Below are positions 8,888-17,928 of a stretch of DNA of 64,000 bases, piece after piece (position 1 is the stretch's first letter; the number at the start of each line of letters is the position of its first letter). Origin of the DNA: Candidatus Omnitrophota bacterium. Lineage in GTDB: Bacteria; Omnitrophota; Gorgyraeia; Gorgyraeales; Gorgyraeaceae. The translations under genes were made by a program, and so were the position numbers. A model generated the notes under the pieces. It had not been told where the DNA came from, did not search any database, and saw only the letters and a list, made by a program, of their open reading frames with translations. The stretch is taken from the NCBI GenBank assembly GCA_043821705.1, contig JBDRCN010000051.1, positions 28,007-92,006 of the forward strand, in the 5' to 3' direction.

Positions 8888-10678
8888 ATGAGGCTATTCC
8901 AGCCTGATTTTAAGCAAACCAAAAAACAGTTCGAACTTTTTTTAAAATTCGTGAGGCTTATACTGCCTCATAAAGCCAAATGGATATTTATAATCTTATT
9001 AGGGGGTTTCTGGACGCTCTTAAGTGTAGTCAATCCATATATAACAAAGCTGGTTGTGGATGAAGGGATAATGAAGAGTGACCTGAGAAGATTTATAGCG
9101 CTAGCAGCCTTAGGGATCGTGATATTTATTATTCTTGGGGCAATCAATGGATTAAAGGAATATCTGGAGAAAAAAGTAAGCCTAGAGGTAAAATTTAGCT
9201 TAAATAAAATAGTTTTTGATAAGATCAATAAACTTTCTCTCAGCTGGTTTAGGACTAAATCAACAGGAGAGAATATCTATAAGATCAGTAATGACATTGA
9301 TAGGGTAAATAGCCTTATTACGACTATCCCTCCTAAAGCAGTAATGCTTTTTCCAAGAGTGATCTTTATCTTTTTAATAATGTTAAAGCTGAATTACAAA
9401 ATTGCTTTATTTTCATTGCTTTTAGCGCCATTTTTGTATATAGGCCCGTATTACTTTATCAAGAAACGTAGATCGATCTGGGAAAAATTAATAGAGTGCT
9501 CTCAAGGTATATTTAAATTTTTACATGAAAGTTTTTCACATAGCTATCTTATAAAAGCATTTGGCAAGGAGAGAGAAGAAAAGGACAAGTACTTAAAAAT
9601 ACTAAAAGATAATATTGAGATAGAAAAGACCAGCACAAAGCTAAACATTTTTAATAGCTTTGTTGCAAGGATAGCAGATAAGATCATAGTAGGGCTGATC
9701 ACTTTTTATGGCGGATACCATGTTATTAAGGGAGAGATGACTCTAGGGAGCCTGACTGCGATCTTAGTCTATCTAGGGCAACTGGTAGGCATGCAGCACG
9801 GGTTTATAGGATTTTTCCAGAGCACTGTCCTAGGCCTCGTATCATGCGAAAGGATAGCAGGTATCCTGGATGAAAAAGAAGAAATCACTGAAACATGTGA
9901 CGCAAAAGATATTTTAATTAAAAAAGGCGAAATAGAATTTAAAAAAGTAAATTTTGGATATTCTAAAGGTAAAGCTATTTTAAAAGATCTTGATTTCAAA
10001 ATAGAGGGCGGAAGGCATATTAGCTTAGCTGGTTCTTCGGGGCAAGGCAAGACCACAATCTTAAACTTGATCGCAAGGCTTTATGATGCGGATAGCGGTG
10101 AAATAATGATCGATAGGCAGTATATAAAAGACATCACGCTTAACTCCTTAAAAAAACAGATCAGCATGGCATTGCAGGAGACATTTCTTTTTAATACAAG
10201 CGTAAAAGACAATATCCTCTATGGGGACGGGAATGCTAGCTTAGAAGATGTTATAAGAGTGAGCAAGATTTCTTTAGTAGATAGTTTTACTGAAAATCTG
10301 CCAGAGAAGTATGACACAGTTATAGGTGAAAATGCATGTAAGATCTCAGAGGGACAGAAGCAGAAGATCGCTATTGCGAGAGCTTTAATTAAAAATCCTA
10401 AAGTTTTGATCCTAGATGAAGCATTTTCATCTATGGATTCAGCTAGCGAAGATAAGATAATATCGAACATAAAAGAAAATTTTAAGGATATTACAGTAGT
10501 CAGCGTCTCCCACCGCTTATCAACAGTAAAGCAATCAGACCTGGTGTATTTTTTAAATAATTCTGGGGGGATAGAGGTAGGTAAGCCAGAAGAACTTTTA
10601 GAAAAGAACATGGAATTTGAGGAATTGTTCAAGGGACAGAGGGAATTGACCATATCAGACCCGGGGTCTAATACATAA
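8888..10678 (+). CDS. ABC exporter, fused TMD-NBD (no C39 peptidase domain)
   Basis: TM N-half; Walker A GSSGQGKTT; ISEGQKQKIAIARAL; LILDEA. Confidence 0.92.
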   Translation: MRLFQPDFKQTKKQFELFLKFVRLILPHKAKWIFIILLGGFWTLLSVVNPYITKLVVDEGIMKSDLRRFIALAALGIVIFIILGAINGLKEYLEKKVSLEVKFSLNKIVFDKINKLSLSWFRTKSTGENIYKISNDIDRVNSLITTIPPKAVMLFPRVIFIFLIMLKLNYKIALFSLLLAPFLYIGPYYFIKKRRSIWEKLIECSQGIFKFLHESFSHSYLIKAFGKEREEKDKYLKILKDNIEIEKTSTKLNIFNSFVARIADKIIVGLITFYGGYHVIKGEMTLGSLTAILVYLGQLVGMQHGFIGFFQSTVLGLVSCERIAGILDEKEEITETCDAKDILIKKGEIEFKKVNFGYSKGKAILKDLDFKIEGGRHISLAGSSGQGKTTILNLIARLYDADSGEIMIDRQYIKDITLNSLKKQISMALQETFLFNTSVKDNILYGDGNASLEDVIRVSKISLVDSFTENLPEKYDTVIGENACKISEGQKQKIAIARALIKNPKVLILDEAFSSMDSASEDKIISNIKENFKDITVVSVSHRLSTVKQSDLVYFLNNSGGIEVGKPEELLEKNMEFEELFKGQRELTISDPGSNT

Positions 10679-10705
10679 AAGATACTAGGGCAAGACCCCG
10701 GGTCT
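10657..10705. repeat. REPIN-like doublet of 13-bp palindromes (agacccggggtct / agaccccgggtct), 23-nt spacer
   Basis: Core identical to the RAYT-flanking REP core. Confidence 0.7.
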
Positions 10706-10712
10706 TGAATAT

Positions 10713-11606
10713 ATGATATCCGTAATAGTTGTAAATCATAATAGAAGCGCGCTATTGAAGAGGTGTCTTGAGTCTCTTAGGGGCCAGAGCCTTATGGACT
10801 TTGAGGTCATTGTGGTTGATAATGCATCTAGTGATGATAGTGTAGAGATGGTAAAGACCTATTTTCAGGATGCAAAGGTCATACAAAACACAACTAACCT
10901 ATATTTCTCAAAAGCATATAACCAAGGCATGGAAGCATCATACGGAAGTTTCATCCTGTGCTTAAATAATGATGCGTACCTGGAGAAAGATTTTTTAAAA
11001 GAAGCGCTCTTTGCTATAGGAAAAGATGAGAAGATAGGCATGGTAAGCGGAAAGATCCTTCGCGAAGATAAATTGACCATAGATTCAACAGGGCTGTTTT
11101 TAGGGAGAAATCGCAAGCCTATAGAAAGGGGTTACGGGTTACCCTCCTACGCCAAGGCTACGGAGGGCAGGCGGGATACGGGGCTGTATGATAAAGAAGA
11201 ATATATCTTCGGAGTAAGTGGCTCATGCGCATTTTACAGGAAAAAGATGCTCGAAGACATAAAAGATAAACATGGGTATTTCGACGAGAGGTTCGAGATG
11301 TATTATGAAGACTTGGACCTTTCCTGGAGAGCGCAGAAGAAGGGATGGAAAGCGTATTATACGCCTAAGGCGATAGCATATCATAAAAGGAGTTCAGGTT
11401 TTTTCACGATCCCAGATGACTTAAAGAAAAAATATATAAGGAATCGCTATTTATGCATGAAGAAAAACGATTCATTAAAAGATGTCATATGGAATATACC
11501 CTTTATATTAATATATGAAATTAAACTTTGGGGCTATATGATGTATAACTATTTTAGATCCCGGATCTTAAACATAGAAAAAACTCCGGCAAGATCCGGG
11601 ATCTGA
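10713..11606 (+). CDS. Glycosyltransferase family 2
   Basis: ISVIVVNHN, VVDNASSDDS, LNNDA, FDERFEMYYEDLDLSWR. Confidence 0.92.
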   Translation: MISVIVVNHNRSALLKRCLESLRGQSLMDFEVIVVDNASSDDSVEMVKTYFQDAKVIQNTTNLYFSKAYNQGMEASYGSFILCLNNDAYLEKDFLKEALFAIGKDEKIGMVSGKILREDKLTIDSTGLFLGRNRKPIERGYGLPSYAKATEGRRDTGLYDKEEYIFGVSGSCAFYRKKMLEDIKDKHGYFDERFEMYYEDLDLSWRAQKKGWKAYYTPKAIAYHKRSSGFFTIPDDLKKKYIRNRYLCMKKNDSLKDVIWNIPFILIYEIKLWGYMMYNYFRSRILNIEKTPARSGI

Positions 11607-11655
11607 AATATAGGATCTGAAACATAGAAAAACTCCGGCAAGATCCGGGATCTGA
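11556..11655. repeat. REPIN-like palindrome doublet plus a ~43-bp direct duplication
   Basis: agatcccggatct 11556-11568; agatccgggatct 11592-11604 and 11641-11653; direct repeat 11563-11606 vs 11613-11655. Confidence 0.8.
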
Positions 11656-11674
11656 TGATAAGTAAAAGAAGTGC

Positions 11675-11703
11675 TTGACGAAATAAATAATACATAGTAT
11701 AAT
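11675..11703 (+). promoter_or_regulatory. Sigma70 promoter of rpsO
   Basis: TTGACG-17-TATAAT. Confidence 0.7.
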
Positions 11704-11726
11704 TACTGCTCGGAGGTAAGAAAGAG

Positions 11727-11996
11727 ATGGCATTAGAAGCAAAGAGAAAATTAGAACTAGTAAAGGATTTTTCAGAGCACGAAAAAGATACAGGTTCTTG
11801 CAGTGTTCAGGTAGCGCTTTTGACTGAAAGAATTAATACTCTTACAGTGCACTTTAAAGAGCACAGGAAAGATTTTAATTCCAGGGTGGGGCTTTTACGC
11901 CTAGTAAGTCAGAGGAAGAGATTGCTAGAATATCTAAAAAGAGAAAACACTGAAAAATATCGCGAGCTCACAGAAAAACTCAATCTAAAAAAGTAA
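11727..11996 (+). CDS. rpsO: 30S ribosomal protein S15
   Basis: [18 protein letters not shown]...H.KD.NSR.GLL.LV.QR.RLL.YL. Confidence 0.97.
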   Translation: MALEAKRKLELVKDFSEHEKDTGSCSVQVALLTERINTLTVHFKEHRKDFNSRVGLLRLVSQRKRLLEYLKRENTEKYRELTEKLNLKK

Positions 11997-12000
11997 TTTA

Positions 12001-12066
12001 GGGGCGGATTGCTTAGAGGTCTATTTAGTGTCTAACTAAAAAAGACCCTTGAAATCCGCCTTTTTA
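12001..12066 (+). terminator. Long hairpin with U-tract between rpsO and pnp
   Basis: ggcggatt...aatccgcc followed by tttttt. Confidence 0.55.
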
Positions 12067-12085
12067 ATAAAAAAAAGAGGGCAAT

Positions 12086-14158
12086 ATGAAAGTAGAGAAA
12101 ATAATAGGCAGAGAGAATCTCGTAATAGAAACAGGTAAGATGGCTAAGCAGGCGAATGGCGCTGTGTGCGTTCAATATGGGGGCACAGTAGTGCTAGTGA
12201 CAGCTGTCTCTAGCAAAGAGGTAAAGAAGGGGATAGATTTCTTCCCTTTAATGGTGGAATATAAAGAAAAGACATATGCTGCTGGTAAGATCCCAGGAGG
12301 GTATTTTAAAAGAGAAGGACGTCCTACAGAAAAAGAGATATTAACAGCTCGTCTTATAGATAGGCCTATCAGGCCGCTTTTTCCAGAAGGATATATAAAT
12401 GATGTGCAAGTATTTGCAACAGTGCTTTCAAGCGACGGGGAGAATGATTCTGACATCCCTTCCTTAATAGGGGCATCGTGCGCGCTGCATATATCAAATA
12501 TTCCTTTTTTAGGGCCAATAGGGGCTGTAAAGATAGGCATGATAAATGATGAGTTTATAGTCAATCCTACTTTTAAGGAGACAGAAGAGAGTAAGCTCAC
12601 TTTATTGGCAGTAGGACTTAAAGATAAAATAGTCATGATAGAATCCGAAGCTAATGAGGCATCAGAAGAAAAGATGCTTGAAGCTCTGGAATTTGCGCAA
12701 AAATATATAAAAGAGAGCATAGCTATCCAGGAAGACCTAAGAAAACAGTGCGGGATAGAAAAAGTAACACCAGTATTAGCAACTATCGATCAAGGGCTTT
12801 ATGAAAAAGTAAAGTCGCTCGCTCTAAAAGAGCTTCAAAAAGCAGTCAGTCTTTCCAAGAAAGAAGAAAGAAATGAAAAGAAAGACCAGCTAGTCAAGGA
12901 AGTGGTCGAGAAGCTAAAGGCAGAGGATGAGGAATTATCAGAAGTAGAGATAAAAAATGCCCTGCACAAGCTGGAAAAAGAAGAGATAAGAGCTTTTATC
13001 TTAAAAAATAATAAGAGGATCGATGGAAGAGGTTTTGAAGAGGTAAGGGCAATAACATGTGAAGTAGGGGTTCTTCCCAGGACACATGGTTCAGGGCTTT
13101 TTACCAGAGGAGAGACCCAGAGTCTTTCCGTTACTACCTTAGGCACTGGCCAGGATGAACAGAGGATCGATTCGCTAGAGGGCGAACAGTTCAAGACCTT
13201 TATGCTTCATTATAATTTCCCGTCTTTTAGCGTGGGAGAAGTAAGGCCAGCTAGAGGGCCAGGAAGACGCGAGATAGGCCATGGCGCATTAGCTGAAAAA
13301 GCTTTTAAAGCAGTTATACCCCCAGCTGAAGAATTCCCATATACAATAAGGGTAGTCTCAGAGATATTGGAATCAAATGGCTCTAGCTCTATGGCAACAG
13401 TCTGCGCTAGCACGCTTTCTCTGATGGATGCAGGGGTGCCTATTAAAAAACCTGTAGTGGGGATCGCGATGGGATTAGTAAAAGAAGGAGATAAAGCAGC
13501 TATTCTTACTGATATAGCAGGAGAAGAAGACCATTTTGGGGATATGGATTTTAAGGTCACTGGGACTGAGAGCGGTATAACAGCAGTTCAGATGGACTTA
13601 AAGATAGATGGTATAGGCCTGGCTTTAATAAAGAAGATCATGGCTCAGACCAAACCTGCGAGAGAATCTATAATGGCAAAGGTATTGGAAGTCATACAGA
13701 ACCCTAGAAAAGAACTTTCTACATATGCTCCTAAGATAGAGACCCTTACAATTGACAAAGACAAGATAAGGGATCTTATCGGCCCTGGTGGAAAAATAAT
13801 AAAAAAGATCATTGCTGATACTGGAGCGACCATTGAAGTGGATGATGACGGTAAAGTAGCAATATCATCTGACAATCAAGAGGCTATAAATAAGGCGATG
13901 GAGATCGTAAGAGGTATCGCAGGAGAGCTCGAGATAGGTGCAGTGTTTAACGGCACCGTGACGAAGATAATGAATTTCGGGGCATTTGTCGCGTTATTCC
14001 CAGGCAGAGAAGGCCTAGTGCATGTATCTGAATTAGCAGGCGGATTCGTGAAGAATGTCGAGGATGTAGTAAAAGTCGGAGATAAAGTAAAGGTTAAGCT
14101 CGTTAAAATAGACGAGATGGGCAGGCTGAATCTCAGCATGAAACAGGCAAAAGAATAG
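12086..14158 (+). CDS. pnp: Polyribonucleotide nucleotidyltransferase (PNPase)
   Basis: RLIDRPIRPLFP, RREIGHGALAE, ESNGSSSMA; KH and S1 domains. Confidence 0.98.
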   Translation: MKVEKIIGRENLVIETGKMAKQANGAVCVQYGGTVVLVTAVSSKEVKKGIDFFPLMVEYKEKTYAAGKIPGGYFKREGRPTEKEILTARLIDRPIRPLFPEGYINDVQVFATVLSSDGENDSDIPSLIGASCALHISNIPFLGPIGAVKIGMINDEFIVNPTFKETEESKLTLLAVGLKDKIVMIESEANEASEEKMLEALEFAQKYIKESIAIQEDLRKQCGIEKVTPVLATIDQGLYEKVKSLALKELQKAVSLSKKEERNEKKDQLVKEVVEKLKAEDEELSEVEIKNALHKLEKEEIRAFILKNNKRIDGRGFEEVRAITCEVGVLPRTHGSGLFTRGETQSLSVTTLGTGQDEQRIDSLEGEQFKTFMLHYNFPSFSVGEVRPARGPGRREIGHGALAEKAFKAVIPPAEEFPYTIRVVSEILESNGSSSMATVCASTLSLMDAGVPIKKPVVGIAMGLVKEGDKAAILTDIAGEEDHFGDMDFKVTGTESGITAVQMDLKIDGIGLALIKKIMAQTKPARESIMAKVLEVIQNPRKELSTYAPKIETLTIDKDKIRDLIGPGGKIIKKIIADTGATIEVDDDGKVAISSDNQEAINKAMEIVRGIAGELEIGAVFNGTVTKIMNFGAFVALFPGREGLVHVSELAGGFVKNVEDVVKVGDKVKVKLVKIDEMGRLNLSMKQAKE

Positions 14159-14170
14159 GGGTAACCTCCT

Positions 14171-14911
14171 ATGACCTTTTTTGAAGCCGTCATATCAGGT
14201 ATTGTCCAAGGCATAACAGAATTCCTTCCAGTGTCCAGCTCAGGACATCTCGTAATCTTACATCATATGTTCGGGGTCAATGAGCCGCAGGTATTTTTTG
14301 ACATATTTCTGCATCTAGGCACTCTTATTGCGATATTTATCGTCTTTTGGAGAGATATCGTAGACCTCTTTTATTCCAAAAAGAAAAACCTCATCCCTCT
14401 ACTTATAGGGACTATAGTCACAGTAGGATTTGTCCTTATATTTAAAGACAGTATAGAGAATATTTTTGCAAGTACTAAGATAGTAGGCTTTATGCTTATT
14501 GTAACAGGAGCTTGGCTTATAGTAGGAAGCTTTATAAGGTTCGGAGGCGAGACGTTATCAGGCTTTAAAGCAGCTATTGTGGGGCTTGCCCAAGGCATAG
14601 CTAGTATCCCCGGGATCTCAAGGAGTGGGGCTACTATTTCTACTGGCATGTTTTTAGGCCTTTCCAGTAAAGCTGCTGCTAGATTTTCATTTTTACTCTG
14701 TATCCCTGCTATAATAGGCGCTTTTATACTCAAGGCAAAAAGCGGGTCAATGGAAGGTTTTAATATTAATTATATAGTAGGGCTCATTACTTCTTGCATT
14801 ATAGGTGTTTTATCATTAAAATTATTATTAAGGATGCTTTTTAAAGACAGGCTCTGGATATTTAGTTTTTACTGTATTATATTAGGAGTAGTTGTAATAT
14901 TTTTCTTATGA
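14171..14911 (+). CDS. uppP: Undecaprenyl-diphosphate phosphatase
   Basis: QGITEFLPVSSSGHL, PGISRSGATI. Confidence 0.95.
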   Translation: MTFFEAVISGIVQGITEFLPVSSSGHLVILHHMFGVNEPQVFFDIFLHLGTLIAIFIVFWRDIVDLFYSKKKNLIPLLIGTIVTVGFVLIFKDSIENIFASTKIVGFMLIVTGAWLIVGSFIRFGGETLSGFKAAIVGLAQGIASIPGISRSGATISTGMFLGLSSKAAARFSFLLCIPAIIGAFILKAKSGSMEGFNINYIVGLITSCIIGVLSLKLLLRMLFKDRLWIFSFYCIILGVVVIFFL

Positions 14912-17127
14912 GCAGAGACAAGATAGATCTGATAAAGGGTATAGGACTTTTTGCATTGATGCTATTTTTATTAGCAGCGATGTTCTCTTATTCGCCTTAT
15001 GATATAAAGTTCGAGACATCCACGCCGAATCTCCACATCAGGAATTACGCAGGTATCACAGGCGCTTATATCTCATGGTCGCTTTTCAGGATGGTCGGGT
15101 ATAGCGGGTTCTTCATACCGTTTCTTTTCCTTATCTGGGGCATTGGGATATTAGCAGAGAGGTTAAAACAAGGATATGTTATAAGGTTTTTAGGACTAGT
15201 GCTTTTCTTTTCGTCCATATCTACGTTTTTCTGCTTGAGCGCTATGGGGGACAGTGTAGCGATGGTAGAAAGAGGAGGCCTTGTAGGTTATTTCTTTTCA
15301 AATCTTCTGCTCGGGTATTTTGGCAGGATAGGAAGCTTCATAATCACTGGAGCCTTAAGTGTCCTTGCGCTCTTGGTAATAACAGAGTTTTTAGTAATAC
15401 CCCTGATCTCATTTTTATTTTTAAGGATATGGAACCTGATAAGAGAGCTAAAGCTTAGAAGAGCAGAAAGAGCTATGCTAAAGAAGGTAAGTCCTAGACG
15501 AGAAAGGCCTAGGTTAAAGCCAGCGATAAGGGTGCAGAGGAAACTCCCAAAAGTAAAAGACGAGAAAGAGGATGAAGAAGAAGAGGAGGAGGAAGAAGAG
15601 GATGAGATAGCCCCAAGATCATTACCAAAGATAAGCCTACCAAAACCCAAGCCTCCTAAAAAATCAATAAAGATAGAGCCTAGGATAGTAGGAGATTATA
15701 AAATGCCTCCTTTAGACCTTTTATCCGTAGGAGATATAAAAACAGTAAATATCTTAGAAGAAGACCTAGAAACTTCTTCCAGGATATTGGAAGATACATT
15801 ACGCGATTTTAATATAGAAGTAAAGGTGGTCAATGTAAGTAAAGGCCCAGTCATCACTAGATATGAGCTTCAGCCAGCTCCAGGCGTAAAGGTACACAGG
15901 ATCACATCTTTAAGCGATGACATTGCTCTTACCATGAAAGCAACCACTGTGAGGATCGTAGCGCCTATACCTGGCAAATCTGCAGTGGGCATAGAAGTGC
16001 CTAATCAGAGCTCCTCTTTAGTATATCTAAGAGAGGTCTTGGAGTCATCAGAGTTTCAGAAAAAAGCAAAGACCTCGAAGCTTACTATGGCTCTCGGAAA
16101 AGATATTTCAGGCAGGAGTGTAGTAGCGGAGCTGGGAGATATGCCGCATCTTTTGATAGCAGGCACTACTGGGAGCGGAAAGACAGTTTGCGTGAACTCT
16201 ATTATAATGAGCATGATATATAATGCGACCCCTGACGAGCTTAAATTTATAATGGTAGACCCGAAGATGGTGGAGTTAGCCATATATAATGGCCTGCCGC
16301 ATCTATTGTGCCCAGTGGTCACAGATTCTAAGAAAGCATCTGGAGCGCTTCTTTGGGTGGTAAATGAGATGGAAGATAGATATAAAAAACTTGCTAAGGT
16401 AGCTGCCAGGAACATAGATGCATTTAATAAAAAAGTAGAAACGCAAGACGAGAAACTGCCTTTTATAGTAGTTATTATAGATGAGTTGGCAGACCTGATG
16501 ATGATAGCTCAGCATGAGGTAGAGAATACTATCACTAGACTGGCTCAACTTTCAAGAGCTGTAGGCATACACATTATACTTGCTACACAGAGGCCTTCTG
16601 TAGATGTAGTGACTGGCGTTATAAAAGCGAATTTCCCTGCAAGGATATCTTTTAAAGTAGCTTCAAAGGTAGATTCAAGGACAGTGCTGGACATGAATGG
16701 AGCTGATAAGTTATTAGGAAAAGGCGATATGCTATTTCTGCAGCCCGGGAATGCAAAGCCGATCCGCGCCCAGGGAACGCTTCTATCAGATAATGAGATA
16801 GAAAAAGTAGTCGGATTTATAAAAGAGCAGAGAGAGCCTTTCTATGATGATGAGATATTGGAGCAGCAGAAAAAAAGTTTATCTAGCAGGGGTGGGTTTG
16901 ACAAAGATGAGTTTTTTGATGAAGCAGTACAGATGGTGCTGGAGACAGGCCAGGCATCAGTATCAATGATCCAGCGCAGGCTCAGGCTGGGGTATACCAG
17001 GGCTGCCAGGCTCATAGATTCCATGGAAGAAGAGGGCATTGTAGGTTCTTATAGAGGTAGCAAACCAAGAGAGATACTTATTAAAGAATATAAACCTAAA
17101 GAAGAGATCGAAGCAGGGGAAGCTTAA
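14908..17127 (+). CDS. ftsK: DNA translocase FtsK
   Basis: 4TM N-terminus, MPHLLIAGTTGSGKT, DELADLM, gamma domain QRRLRLGYTRAARL. Confidence 0.97.
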   Translation: MSRDKIDLIKGIGLFALMLFLLAAMFSYSPYDIKFETSTPNLHIRNYAGITGAYISWSLFRMVGYSGFFIPFLFLIWGIGILAERLKQGYVIRFLGLVLFFSSISTFFCLSAMGDSVAMVERGGLVGYFFSNLLLGYFGRIGSFIITGALSVLALLVITEFLVIPLISFLFLRIWNLIRELKLRRAERAMLKKVSPRRERPRLKPAIRVQRKLPKVKDEKEDEEEEEEEEEDEIAPRSLPKISLPKPKPPKKSIKIEPRIVGDYKMPPLDLLSVGDIKTVNILEEDLETSSRILEDTLRDFNIEVKVVNVSKGPVITRYELQPAPGVKVHRITSLSDDIALTMKATTVRIVAPIPGKSAVGIEVPNQSSSLVYLREVLESSEFQKKAKTSKLTMALGKDISGRSVVAELGDMPHLLIAGTTGSGKTVCVNSIIMSMIYNATPDELKFIMVDPKMVELAIYNGLPHLLCPVVTDSKKASGALLWVVNEMEDRYKKLAKVAARNIDAFNKKVETQDEKLPFIVVIIDELADLMMIAQHEVENTITRLAQLSRAVGIHIILATQRPSVDVVTGVIKANFPARISFKVASKVDSRTVLDMNGADKLLGKGDMLFLQPGNAKPIRAQGTLLSDNEIEKVVGFIKEQREPFYDDEILEQQKKSLSSRGGFDKDEFFDEAVQMVLETGQASVSMIQRRLRLGYTRAARLIDSMEEEGIVGSYRGSKPREILIKEYKPKEEIEAGEA

Positions 17128-17136
17128 GACAGGTCT

Positions 17137-17928
17137 ATGTCCCATTCATTAGGCACAACATTAAAAAAACTACGAGAAGCGAAGGATCTATCAATAAAAG
17201 AGGTCTCCGAGAGGACCCGCATACCTAAGTCAATAATATCGAATATAGAAGAGGACAAGGTAGAAGCCATCTCTTCAAGTTTTTATGCAAGAAGCTTTGT
17301 CAGATCCTATTCTGAGTTTTTAAATGCTACAGAAGAAAAATCAGTTAAGGATTTCCTCAGTAGAGCGCCCAAGAAAGACACGCCATCCTTAGAACTAAAA
17401 CCACAGACACCCGTAGAGACAAAAATATCTTTTGATTGGCTGGTAAGGCATAAAACACATATCATCCAGGGAGTAGCTACAGTAGTAGGGATATGGATAT
17501 TATTTTTAGGGGTCCTGGGCGTAAAGAATCTAGCAAAAAATGCTATGACTCGACATAGAGAAAAGGTCAAGCTTGTAGAAGTTGTGAAAAAAGCTGAAGC
17601 GCCAAAACCTGCGCCACTCCCTAAAGAAGAACCAAAAGTAGAGCCAGTAGTAGAAGAAAAAAAGATAGAGGCGAGTTTTGAGCTGGAGATCTTAGCGCGT
17701 TACAATGTATGGCTTGAAGTTGTGAGCGATGGGGGGTTGAAATTTAGAGGTATCCTTAAAAAAGGCGAGAAGGATATCTGGCATGCTGAAGAAGCAATAA
17801 ATCTGAAGATAGGGAATGCAGGAGCAACGCTCTTTAAATTAGATGGGAAAAGCCTGGGCTCTCCCGGCGGAAAAGGGGAGAAGGTAATGGCTGTAGTGAC
17901 AAAAGACGGATTTAAAAAACAGCAGTGA
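17137..17928 (+). CDS. rodZ: RodZ-like protein (HTH, TM, DUF4115)
   Basis: N-terminal XRE-like HTH, single TM, KIGNAGA C-terminal domain; position ftsK-rodZ-rimO. Confidence 0.8.
   Translation: MSHSLGTTLKKLREAKDLSIKEVSERTRIPKSIISNIEEDKVEAISSSFYARSFVRSYSEFLNATEEKSVKDFLSRAPKKDTPSLELKPQTPVETKISFDWLVRHKTHIIQGVATVVGIWILFLGVLGVKNLAKNAMTRHREKVKLVEVVKKAEAPKPAPLPKEEPKVEPVVEEKKIEASFELEILARYNVWLEVVSDGGLKFRGILKKGEKDIWHAEEAINLKIGNAGATLFKLDGKSLGSPGGKGEKVMAVVTKDGFKKQQ

Noticed and set aside
1856-10678. Lasso peptide or PQQ cluster
   Set aside because: No asparagine-synthetase-like cyclase or B2 protease; no PqqB/PqqC and no ExxxY PqqA motif
11556-11655. Possible mini-CRISPR array
   Set aside because: Only a tandem duplication with near-identical intervening sequence; no unique spacers and no cas genes
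15560-15606. Poly-Glu tract in the FtsK linker
   Set aside because: Low-complexity linkers are normal in FtsK
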